From an uncultured Gemmatimonadaceae bacterium (GTDB taxonomy: Bacteria > Gemmatimonadota > Gemmatimonadetes > Gemmatimonadales > Gemmatimonadaceae): a DNA stretch of 64,000 bases. Location: contig CAWAGQ010000005.1 in the NCBI GenBank assembly GCA_963781585.1, positions 96,001 through 160,000 of the forward strand, read 5' to 3'. Positions 35,058 through 44,358 of this stretch are shown here, in pieces; position 1 is the first letter of the stretch, and each line of letters begins with the position of its first letter. The notes under the pieces are model-generated. The model worked only from the letters and a program-made list of their open reading frames with translations, made no database searches and had not been told where the DNA came from. Position numbers and translations under genes: made by a program.

Positions 35058-36711
35058 ATGACCGTCACGAGATCATCTGTACGCTCACCGCGCCGAAGTA
35101 GTCGGTTTTTCCGGGTCGCGATGCGCGGCGCCGCGATAACACTCGCCAGCGCTGCCGGGTTCGCCCAAGCATCCGCTCAAACGACCGGCGGTGCAGAGGC
35201 CCGCGCCGCGGCCCGGGAGTATCGCGAGGCGAACGAAGCGAAGCTGGTCCGCGACTTCGCGACCCTGCTCGCCATGCCTAACGTGGCGTCGAACCTGGCC
35301 AACGTACGGCGGAACGCGGACTACCTGTCGGTCGCTGCTGCGCGAGCGCGGCATCACGCCTCAGCTGTTGGAGGTGCCGAACGCGCCCCCCGCGGTGTAC
35401 GGCGAGCTCACGACCCCGGGCGCCACGCGCACCGTCGTGCTCTACGCACACTACGACGGCCAGCCGGTGGATCCGACGCAGTGGGCCGGGGCGCCGTGGA
35501 CCCCGGTGCTCCGCGACAAGCCGCTCACCCAGGGCGGTCATGACGTCCCCTTCCCCGCCCCCGGCCAGGCGGTGAACGGCGAGTGGCGCATCTACGCCCG
35601 CTCGGCCGGCGACGACAAGGCGTCGATCATGGCGATGCTCACCGCGCTCGACGCCATGCGCGCGGCGAAGCTCGCCCCGACGGTCAACGTCAAGTTCTTC
35701 TTCGAGGGCGAGGAGGAGGCGGGTTCGGGCCACCTCGAGGCGATCCTGCGCAAGTACAAGGACCTGCTCCGTGCCGACGCCTGGCTCTTCTGCGACGGCC
35801 CCGAGCACCAGACCGGGCGCCAGCAGGTGCTGTTCGGGCAGCGGGGCGTGGTGGATCTCGAACTCACCGTCTACGGGCCCACTCGGCCGCTGCACAGCGG
35901 CCACTACGGCAACTGGGCGCCGAATCCGGCTGCGCTGCTGGCCAACCTGATTGCGTCGATGCGCGACGACGACGGGCATATCCGGATCGCCGGCTACTAC
36001 GACGACGTGCGTCCGATCAGTGCCGCCGAGCGACAGGCGCTGGCCGCGCTGCCGGCGATCGACCCCACACTGCGCGCCTCGTTAGGCCTGGCACGCACCG
36101 AGGCCGGCGACGCACCGCTGGTGGAGCGGATCATGATGCCCGCGCTCAACGTGCGCGGACTGCGGGCGGGCGGGGTGGAGGAGACCTCGGCCAACGTGAT
36201 CTCCACCGAGGCGCTGGCGTCGTTCGATTTCCGGCTGGTGCCCGATCAGACGCCCGAACACGTGAAGCAGCTCGTCGAACGGCACCTCGCGGCGCAGGGA
36301 TACCACATCGTTCGCGACGTGCCCGACTCAGCCACCCGGGTGACGTATCCGAAGATCGCGCGGCTGCGGTGGGGGAGCGGGTATCCGGCGCAGCGAGCGT
36401 CGCTGGACGACCCGTTCGGGCGGGCGCTCATCGCCGCGCTGTCCGACGGCGCGCCGCAGCCGCCGCTCGTGCTGCCCACGTCGGGCGGGAGCGGGCCGAG
36501 CTATCTATTCACCGAGATCCTGGGTGCGCCGGTGGTGGGGCTCCCGATCGCCAACTACGACGACAACCAGCACGTCGCGAACGAGAATCTGCGGCTGCAG
36601 AATCTGTGGGATGGGGTCGAGTTGTACGCGGGGTTGCTGGTGCGGCTGGGACCGGCGTGGAGGAGCGCCGGGGTGACGCCAGACAGCTTCTCGCGGCTTC
36701 GCACTCCTTAG
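35058..36711 (+). CDS. Secreted M20/M25/M40 family metallopeptidase; frameshift near 35330
   Basis: YAHYDGQP, YARSAGDDK, FEGEEEAGS, LHSGHYGNW, NQHVANENL. Confidence 0.9.
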
Positions 36712-36735
36712 CGTACGGTGAGGCGGATGCGTTTC

Positions 36736-37918
36736 TCACCCACGGTGTAGCCTGTAGAGAGTTACGTGCGGTTCGCCGACGCGATCCTCATACGTACCGA
36801 GAATGTAGTCGTCGGCAATGTCGAATACTGTGAGGCCGGTCGGTATCCGGACGTCACCCACCAAACGACCGTCGTCCGCCAGCGCCAACAGCCGTGTCTC
36901 GACGTCTCCCGGCAAGTAGAGTGACACCCATAGTGTACCGGCCCGATCAGTGAATAGCGCCGTGTACGGGGGCACAGTGGCTGGCATCGGCCCTTCCAAC
37001 TCCAGGTCCTTCATTAGCTGCCGAGTCCGTGCATCCTGCCCGTACATGGCGAGAGCGTCTGCGGATGCTTCGTACTGCGCTCTCGATGGTCTCCGCGGTT
37101 CTACCGGCACGCGGATGGACGCGCGTCGCTGGCCATCCAAGGCGAACACTTCGATCACGGCCGAATCGGCGGGGCCGACGTAGAGACGATCGTCGGATAT
37201 CGCTATCACCGGTGCACGACCCAAGGGTCGTGGGACCGCCGCGCCGATGTGCGTGATGCTGTATTCCGGTCCCGGTACCATTCCAATCACCGCCAAGGTA
37301 CTGTCAGCGCCATTCACGACTCGCAGTTTCGCCCGTTCACGCGCCGACACAACGCCTGGTTTCGGAGGTTGAGAAAAGTTCGGTCGATCGTGCAGCGCGA
37401 ATTGGCCTTTGCGATTGCAGCGGATCAGATAGGGCGCGGGATCGAGCCTTCCGGCCGACGGGATGATGAAGCTGACGTCCCATGCGCCCACTCTTGTCAA
37501 GCGCTGTCAGCCGCTGATGGAAGAAGTCCCAGACGAAGAGACTGTCCGCAGCGCACTGGCCGAGCCAGGAGATGAGGCGGAATTCTCCAGGTCCATCACC
37601 CGAACGCCCAACAGTCCGCAGCAGGTGCCCTCTGGCGTCAAAGAAGCTGATTCTGTCGCCTCGTCCGTCGGCGATCACAATGGTGCCGTCTTGCTGTCGA
37701 ACGCCTGCTACCGGTAGCTCGAGCAACGCGGCCCCGGTCGGAGACAGGCCGTGAATATCGACGCTCGGAACAGAGTCGACGGACCAATGCGTTTGTGCGA
37801 GTGCGCAAGATGCCGTAGCAGCGTGCAGTAGTGCACAGATCACCAGTAGTGATGTTAGGGACGAAGAGCAAGGCGATGACTCGCCCGTGATGGACGAAAA
37901 CTTCGAATACCATCGCAT
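36736..37918 (-). CDS. Exported 6-bladed beta-propeller (NHL-like) protein; frameshift near 37490
   Basis: RBS GGAG and ATG 37918; hydrophobic segment ending ALA-Q; IVIADG...FFDARG..LRTVGRSGDGPGEF; C-terminal DRAGTLWV...DDYILG...D..GEPHVTLYRL. Confidence 0.78.
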
Positions 37919-38069
37919 AGCTGGTGCTCCGTGAAAGCCCCGCTTGAGGCGCGAATCGGCCTGACGCGTCAAGACCAGTGACCCAGCCAGAAATGCTCGG
38001 AATGGCCGTGCTGCACTGCGAGCCACGGTCCCCGGGGAACTGTTTCCGCCAGCCGGAAGAGACTCTACC

Positions 38070-38731
38070 TGATTCCTACGCTGCTTAGTGCCGCGCAGGG
38101 CAACTTCGACCGATCGCCGTAGCTCCGGGGTCAGCCCCGCAAACAACGCTGAATCGACCAGGACCGTAGGCGTAACGAATATTCCCAGGCTGCGGCCTGC
38201 CGCAATATCACGTTCGACCACGCGCATGACCGCCGAATCGCCGATGCAGCTACTGAACCTCATCGTGTCACGAATGCCGGCGCGGACCGCGAGAGAGACC
38301 CATTCCTGTCGAATCAGCGCCGCTGGATTCTCAAAAAGCATATCGTTATAGCGGTCGAACGAGCCAAGCTTGGCAGCACACACAGCGCTGCGGGCTGCGG
38401 GCAGCGCGACCGGGTGTGCTCGAAGGGGGTAATGACGCCAGACCACTTCCAGCTGGTTCTGATGCGTGGGCCGGATCTTTGCGAGATAGTGGTGGAGCGA
38501 TCGGCACCCGGGGCACTCATAGTCCGAGAAGACGGTGACGACAACAGACGGTTGCGACGCACCAAGCTTCTCTCCAGCCGCGGCGATGGAGCGCCATTCC
38601 GGGATGATTAGCGGTGCCACGGCGGCTCGTATTGGTAGCCGCCGCACTTGCCACACGTTGCGTATGGTCAGCGCGCTGGCCAGCCCCACGAGCGCAATTG
38701 CCGCGACGCGCGTGAGCCTCTGCACGGGCAT
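38070..38731 (-). CDS. DsbA/DsbG-family thioredoxin-fold oxidoreductase, cassette 1 (no stop seen; reads in frame into the propeller gene; 3' end approximate)
   Basis: N-terminal TM; VFSDYECPGC (CxxC), RHYPL..H..A..AAR, G...TPT cis-Pro loop. Confidence 0.85.
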
Positions 38732-38832
38732 CAATCAGGATCAGGCATCGAAGCTGTGGCCATCCGCGGCACGAGGACGGGGACAGACATCACTTGGTCA
38801 GACTCGTTGCCAGCGCGCGCGTAGCCTGACCC

Positions 38833-39042
38833 TCATTGCTCCTCCATGTTGTAGCACTCCGGCCCTGGGAACGGATAGGGGAAGCAGTAGTTGCAGGTGA
38901 CGGAGAGGTTATCGCAGTCGGCATGCACCTTGCATCGGTAGTCGCTGCAGGTCGTGAAGGTTGTACGGTGTTGACTCGCGTACGCGAGATTTGCAGCCGA
39001 GACGAGGAGACCCGCTGCGGCTAGCAGAATGTTCTTCTTCAT
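38833..39042 (-). CDS. Small secreted cysteine-rich peptide 1 (69 aa, 6 Cys)
   Basis: RBS GGAGG 8 nt before ATG; signal peptide MKKNILLAAAGLLVSAANLAYA; mature part SQHRTTFTTCSDYRCKVHADCDNLSVTCNYCFPYPFPGPECYNMEEQ. Confidence 0.85.
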   Translation of the reverse strand: MKKNILLAAAGLLVSAANLAYASQHRTTFTTCSDYRCKVHADCDNLSVTCNYCFPYPFPGPECYNMEEQ

Positions 39043-39270
39043 CTGACATGCCTCCACATGAGCTGTTCAGCTGAGCGTGAGCGGCGTGGTGATGGATCAC
39101 CCAGCACGAGGACATTTGGTGCCGCGGCAACAGAACGGCTTGGACTTACGTTCAATGACGAAGCGATCGTCTTCTCGCGTGCGGACGCGACCAATCTCTC
39201 TGCTTGGCCCAGGAAGGATCAGTGCCCCCGCACGATGGCCCATGCTACGCTTGGACGTGGGCGTCCCACA

Positions 39271-39287
39271 ATAGATCGGTGATCTAT
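39271..39287. promoter_or_regulatory. Perfect palindrome ATAGATC-GGT-GATCTAT upstream of peptide 1
   Basis: 7-3-7 dyad; near-identical motif at 44490-44506 upstream of peptide 2. Confidence 0.5.
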
Positions 39288-39436
39288 GAAGTGAAGGCCG
39301 TCGCAAGAACAAGACGGCGAGATTCGAAGCAACCAGTAACCACGAGACCGTTGCTGCACACAATTCGAACTGCAGAGCGCGAAGAGCATGTCTCTGCGGT
39401 GATCACGCGAGCCACGGGTCGCGGCCGCAGCACTGC

Positions 39437-40126
39437 TCAAGCCTTCTCCTCGAAGTCTTCCAGCCGCAACATCCACGAGCCGGAGATACCCAGTTTTCCA
39501 TAAATCGCGTGCAGATGGTTGCGCACGGTCCGTTCGCTGATCCCGAGCCTCGCCGCTATTTCCCTGGCCGTACGTCCCGACGCCCTGAGTCCGGCCACGT
39601 CGCGCTGGCGCACCGTCAAGCGCTGTCGCGCTCGGGGCCGCCGATACCGGCCCGCTTCCGCTGCCCGCTGCAGCAGGTCCGACACCAGCTTGGGCCACGG
39701 GGACTGCCCTCGTACCGCCGCCTTCACAACAGCTTGAAGCTGCTGGGCGGTCGGATCACCGAGCACGAATCCACACGCTCCGAGCCGGACGAACTCGAGT
39801 ATCTCCCGCTCATCCTCCTCGTCCACACCGTAGACTACCACGTGAACGCCGGCAGGAATGCGTGGCCCGATCGAGGCGAACGCGCGCGCAGAAATCGACC
39901 CCCCGTCCAGCAGGAGCAACACCGATCCTGCTTCATCCGCCTCGACCGGCGTTGCCGATCGCCGCGAGGCGGGACTCACCGGAACCTGAACGACTGGCGC
40001 GATGACCCGCGCTATGGCCTCTGCATCGAGCAACAGCCCACTCAATACCACCACGCGACTGGCGCGAAATGGCGGAGCCCGGCCGGCGGGTTGCGACGGA
40101 CCGTCCTGGGACGTGACCATAGGCAT
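39437..40126 (-). CDS. LuxR/NarL-type HTH regulator with atypical receiver-like N-terminus
   Basis: LTVRQRDVAGLRASGRTAREIAARLGISERTVRNHLHAIYGKLG. Start approximate. Confidence 0.8.
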   Translation of the reverse strand: MPMVTSQDGPSQPAGRAPPFRASRVVVLSGLLLDAEAIARVIAPVVQVPVSPASRRSATPVEADEAGSVLLLLDGGSISARAFASIGPRIPAGVHVVVYGVDEEDEREILEFVRLGACGFVLGDPTAQQLQAVVKAAVRGQSPWPKLVSDLLQRAAEAGRYRRPRARQRLTVRQRDVAGLRASGRTAREIAARLGISERTVRNHLHAIYGKLGISGSWMLRLEDFEEKA

Positions 40127-40494
40127 CCTTCGGGAGCTCGCCGAAACCCAGACCCATCGCCTTCTGTGGCGTGTCCCCGCGGATCGCAAGGCTCGCTCGA
40201 TCCGTCGGGTACGTCTCTCCCGTACAGCCAAGTTGGGGTGTCTAGGCCGCGCGCACCGACACGCTATGTGCAGTTGCAATACACCATGTTACGTCGGGCC
40301 AGATATCCGGGGCGAGGCGACGCGATCGCGGACGTAGCCGGGCGAGCAGCAGCGAGATTCCGCTCCTCAGCAGGTGGCGATGCTCGCGGCGCTTGTGGAT
40401 CTCGATCGAGCTCACCGTCTCCGCGCCGACGCGTCCACTCCACCGCGGGCATTACGGAACTGGGCGCGTAGTCCGACTACCCTCGCTCAGTGGA
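39883..40494. repeat. Diverged direct repeat copy A (about 610 bp); copy B at 45138-45752
   Basis: Manual alignment: both copies start CGCGCGCAGAAATCGAC and end GCGCGTAGTCCGACTACC..CGCTCAG.GGA. Confidence 0.9.
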
Positions 40495-40778
40495 GACCGC
40501 TTCGCCAACCCGACTGCATTCCTGCACCCGAGGTGCCAGGATCGCGGGATCTTCGTGGCGCAGCATGGCCGTCTTGTATCCCACCACTTCCATCCCTAGC
40601 GCGCAGGCCTTGGTGAAGTTCGAGCGCGATCACGGGCAGGATGCCGTCGACTGACACAGCGATGGTCGACCGCGGGACATCCTGACCGTACGAACGCGGG
40701 CGTGCTTCCGGCAAGTCGAGCCGCGGTTCTAGCGACTTCCGGCCTTCAAACTCATTGCCCTGACACGGTAGCAAGGGA

Positions 40779-43235
40779 TCAGGGCGCCCGAGTCCACAAT
40801 ACAATCGTCCCGCACGCCGCCCCGGTCCCTCCAAACTGGATGGGCGTATTCGCCGGTCCCGGGTAGATTTCCATCGCCTCGACGCCATTCGGTGCAAAGT
40901 CGTCGATGTTGGGCGGCTTCACCAGCCCGCCCGGTTGAAAAATCACCGCTCCGTCGAGGTAGATCTGGAAATAGCACCGGTTAACGCCATAGGAGCCGTC
41001 CGGAAGCGCCTCTGTTGACAGTCGATCGAGAGTCGACGCGAAAGCTGAGCGGGTGCTCTCGAGAAAGACCGTATTATCAGGCCGGCGCACGAGCCTTACC
41101 CCGGGCACCGAGCGCAGGATGTCGCTCAGGCGCGAGTGCTCGCGTGCGGCGAGTTGCGCCCGGGTGATGAAGTGTCCCCCGGCATTCATCGCGCGCCGCT
41201 CCTCGAACCCCCGCATCTTCGCCGCCACGGCTGTTCCCGTCACCACCACACCGGGCAGTTCCGTCACGTTCGGCGTCAGCACGAACTCGCGCACCGCGTC
41301 CGCCGGCTGCGGCAGCGTCACCCGCGCGAGCACCGGCCGATAACCCACCGCGCGCACCACCACCGTGTATGTCCCCCAGGGCAGCATCGCGAAGGCGAAC
41401 GCGCCGTCGGCCGCCGTCCGCGCCGCACGGGACACGCCGGGCAGCAGCACCTCCGCAGCCACGGCCGGCCGCATGGTAGAGTCGTGCCTCACGACTACCC
41501 GCCCTCGCAGCGTCGTCGCCTTCGCCGCCGTCGCGCTCAACGCCAGCGTCACCTCGACCGCGCTCGCGGTGTCGGCCGCGGCCACGGTGCGGTCCCCGAT
41601 TGCCCCGCCCAGTTCCGCGTGCAGCCGCACGAGGTCCACCCGCGGTGGCCGGCAGAAGGTCACGATCCCGGCCTCGTCGGACTCGGTCTCGATGGTCGAG
41701 TCGCCCACTGACGCACTCACCAGCTCCGTTGCCGCCTGGACGGCGAGCCGCCGCCACGACAGCAACGTTCGCGCCCCGGGGACCGGAGCGTGCGTGAGTG
41801 AGTCGACGACGTACCCGATAATGAGCTGCGGCCGCTCGCCGCGACCGGTCTCGGCACCGCAATAGCGTGCACGTAGCGTCGCCGCACTCGACACCGTCCA
41901 GTTGGCGACCGACTCGCTCCCCCGGGAGAGCACGACCTCCTGCTGCGCTCCGTGCGTACCAAAGCGCACGAGTCGCGGGTCGTCGGTGGCCAGGATGTAG
42001 CGCCCCGCCAGAACACTCCGGAGCCGGTACCGGCCCGCGCTATCGGTCACCGCCTCGGCCACTCCGCCTGCCAGGCTGAGGTGCGCGCTCGACATGGGGA
42101 CCCCGCGCACACTGTCGAACGCCACCCCGGTCAGCGCCGGCAGGTCGGCCGGCGCCTCCCGGCCAGCGGCGAGCGCGGCCCACCCGCCCTCCTCACGGTA
42201 GCCGAGCAGACTGTCGCGGGCAGGCACGGTGAGCGCGCCGACGCGCACCGCGCCCACGCGGCCCAGCCGCGGGAGCCGGATGTACCACTGGCCCACAATC
42301 CACTGGCCGTTAGGCAGGGCTACGAACTCCAGCCGCCCGCCGGCGCGCCCCGCCTCGTTGCGCATGGGCAGGTGCGTGTACGTGTAGTCCAGCCACCGCA
42401 GTTCCGCGCTCGGCTGCTCGACCCAGAGCACCCCGCTCACGTCGCTCACCGTGCGCCCGGGAGCCGGCTCGAAAGCAAGTCCGATCAGCGCGTCGGTCCC
42501 GGCGAGCTCCTTCACGGCGAAGCAGTGGTCCTGCGTGAAGCGGTCCGACAGGAGGAGCCCCGCGTCGGGGGCGAAGAAGGTGAGCGTACCGTCCACGTCG
42601 TGGGCAAAGCCCAGGCGCGAGAGCTCCTCCGGCGGGGCAGTCGCGAACGGCATCCCTCCCGGAATTCCGTGCGAGGAGGTGGTCTCGGCGACCACGCGCA
42701 GCGCCTGGTCGAGGGTGCGCGTGTAGCGCAAGACCTGGATGGGGAGCCCCTGCGGCGCCGAGAGGACCGTGGCGTCGAGCGCCTTGCGCACTTCTGCCCA
42801 CAGCCGGGCCGCCGCCGTGCCCGTCGCCGGATCAAGCCGGCAAGAGCGGCGTGCACGGACGTCAACCTTCTCGAGCGTGAGGGGGCGCGCAACGAGGGCG
42901 AGGCGCACCGCCAGCGGATCGGCCTCCACCACCAGGAGCCCGGAGCTGTCGGCCGCGTAGCCGATGCGCTCGGCGCGGACCCGGACGCGCGCGCCTAACG
43001 TGGCATGCAGCGTGGCGCGTCCCTGTTCGTCGGTGAGCGCGGCGGTGGGCCGCGAGCCGTCGGCGAGCACCAGCGAGGCGATCGCGCCCACGAGTGGCGT
43101 GTCAGACGCCCGGTCCACCACCAGCACGCGAACGCTCTGCGCAAACAGGCCACAGCCCGGTAACCCAACCGTGAGGATGGAGGCGATGAGCCCACATACC
43201 GCGCGGCGCACTAGTCTGACTCGCTGCCGGCGCAT
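40779..43235 (-). CDS. Exported protein with several carboxypeptidase-regulatory-like domains and a C-terminal TonB plug-like domain (no barrel)
   Basis: RBS GAGGGG, signal peptide. Middle region is homologous to 9277..11026 (FFAPDA..LL...F...HCF; GVLW......ELR.L.Y.YT). End: GFEERR...FITRAQL...LSDILRSVPGV...VEAMEIYPG...CGTIVLWTR. Confidence 0.8.
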   Translation of the reverse strand: MRRQRVRLVRRAVCGLIASILTVGLPGCGLFAQSVRVLVVDRASDTPLVGAIASLVLADGSRPTAALTDEQGRATLHATLGARVRVRAERIGYAADSSGLLVVEADPLAVRLALVARPLTLEKVDVRARRSCRLDPATGTAAARLWAEVRKALDATVLSAPQGLPIQVLRYTRTLDQALRVVAETTSSHGIPGGMPFATAPPEELSRLGFAHDVDGTLTFFAPDAGLLLSDRFTQDHCFAVKELAGTDALIGLAFEPAPGRTVSDVSGVLWVEQPSAELRWLDYTYTHLPMRNEAGRAGGRLEFVALPNGQWIVGQWYIRLPRLGRVGAVRVGALTVPARDSLLGYREEGGWAALAAGREAPADLPALTGVAFDSVRGVPMSSAHLSLAGGVAEAVTDSAGRYRLRSVLAGRYILATDDPRLVRFGTHGAQQEVVLSRGSESVANWTVSSAATLRARYCGAETGRGERPQLIIGYVVDSLTHAPVPGARTLLSWRRLAVQAATELVSASVGDSTIETESDEAGIVTFCRPPRVDLVRLHAELGGAIGDRTVAAADTASAVEVTLALSATAAKATTLRGRVVVRHDSTMRPAVAAEVLLPGVSRAARTAADGAFAFAMLPWGTYTVVVRAVGYRPVLARVTLPQPADAVREFVLTPNVTELPGVVVTGTAVAAKMRGFEERRAMNAGGHFITRAQLAAREHSRLSDILRSVPGVRLVRRPDNTVFLESTRSAFASTLDRLSTEALPDGSYGVNRCYFQIYLDGAVIFQPGGLVKPPNIDDFAPNGVEAMEIYPGPANTPIQFGGTGAACGTIVLWTRAP

Positions 43236-43323
43236 GGTGAATAGCCCCTCCGTTCGACCGCCTGGCTGTCCCTCATCAGGGCGCGCTGCTTGCTGATGTG
43301 TGCTTCTGACCCCGGCCACCGGC

Positions 43324-44037
43324 TTATGGCCATTCCTTGTGGCGCCGTGCTGGCTGGGTTCCGAACGGCGCCTTCCCCTCGAGGAACTCCGTAATCACAT
43401 GCTCGAGCTCGGTCGAATCCGGAATGGACCAGTAGCGCCAGCCATTCAGCACGATAGTCGGCGTTCCGCGAACGCCGACCTTCTTTCCAAGAGCCAGCCC
43501 TGCAGCGATCCTTGGGACCGCAGCAGTGTCCGCGGCACAGCGTGCAAATTGCACGGTATCCTTAACGCCAGCGGCCGCAGCAAATGATGCCCAGGACTTG
43601 AGTCCGAGAGAATCTTGCTTCTCGTACAGAAGATCATGAAGTGCGCCAAACCTGCCAAACCTCTCAGCACACTCAGCGGCGCGGGCCGCGGGTTTCGCGA
43701 AGCGATGCTGCGGAAGTGGGAAATGTACCAGATAGACTCCGAAGTCTGCACCGAACCGTCGCCGCAAGCCCTTGGTTTGCTGGTAAAACAGCCTGCAGGC
43801 CGGACACTCCAAATCGGCAAACTCAACCAACTTAACCTTGGCACCAGGGCTGTAAACGGGAACCGCAACTCGCAGCATTTCGTCCCACTCTTTCACATAC
43901 TCAGGCGGGCGCTCCGAGTCCTGTAGTGGGTTCCTCGGAGCGCTCCCTCCAAACTCTCTGTGGAGAAGCGCAACCGCTACTGCGACCGCGGCAACGACCA
44001 GTGCGCCTGTCGCGAACGAGTCAAACGCCGATGCCAT
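43324..44037 (-). CDS. DsbA/DsbG-family thioredoxin-fold oxidoreductase, cassette 2
   Basis: N-terminal TM; VEFADLECPAC, HFPLPQHRFAKPAARAAECA, GVRGTPTIVLNG. Confidence 0.9.
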   Translation of the reverse strand: MASAFDSFATGALVVAAVAVAVALLHREFGGSAPRNPLQDSERPPEYVKEWDEMLRVAVPVYSPGAKVKLVEFADLECPACRLFYQQTKGLRRRFGADFGVYLVHFPLPQHRFAKPAARAAECAERFGRFGALHDLLYEKQDSLGLKSWASFAAAAGVKDTVQFARCAADTAAVPRIAAGLALGKKVGVRGTPTIVLNGWRYWSIPDSTELEHVITEFLEGKAPFGTQPARRHKEWP

Positions 44038-44106
44038 GGGACACGATCAGCACTGCATGAGTCTCATTGAATGGTCGCCGAGCGCGCGAATAGCTGATTC
44101 GGCCAG

Positions 44107-44358
44107 TCACGGATATTGACACGAAATGGTCGGACCAGGCGACGAGCACTGGGCGTCGAACGCGCAGCCATCCATCCCGGGACTTCCCAGACACACTTGC
44201 TGGCAGTATGCATCACCCTCCGCCTGCTCAGGGCACATGATCAGGGGCCAGCACCCGAAACAGTTCGAAAATGCCACCGCTGGCTTGGGCGTCAAGAGCC
44301 CGACGGCGCCAACCGCGATGACGGTCGTCGCAATCATCCGAAATGTACGGTGGACCAT
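44107..44358 (-). CDS. Small secreted cysteine-rich peptide 2 (83 aa, 8 Cys)
   Basis: RBS AAGGAGGT before ATG 44358; signal peptide ending PAVA; mature part FSNCFGCWPLIMCPEQAEGDAYCQQVCLGSPGMDGCAFDAQCSSPGPTISCQYP. Confidence 0.85.
   Translation of the reverse strand: MVHRTFRMIATTVIAVGAVGLLTPKPAVAFSNCFGCWPLIMCPEQAEGDAYCQQVCLGSPGMDGCAFDAQCSSPGPTISCQYP

Noticed and set aside
36736..44358. Classical RiPP cluster (lanthipeptide, sactipeptide/ranthipeptide, thiopeptide)
   Set aside because: No LanB/C/M, radical SAM, YcaO or peptidase-ABC exporter genes. The precursors have Sec-type signal peptides and DsbA neighbours.
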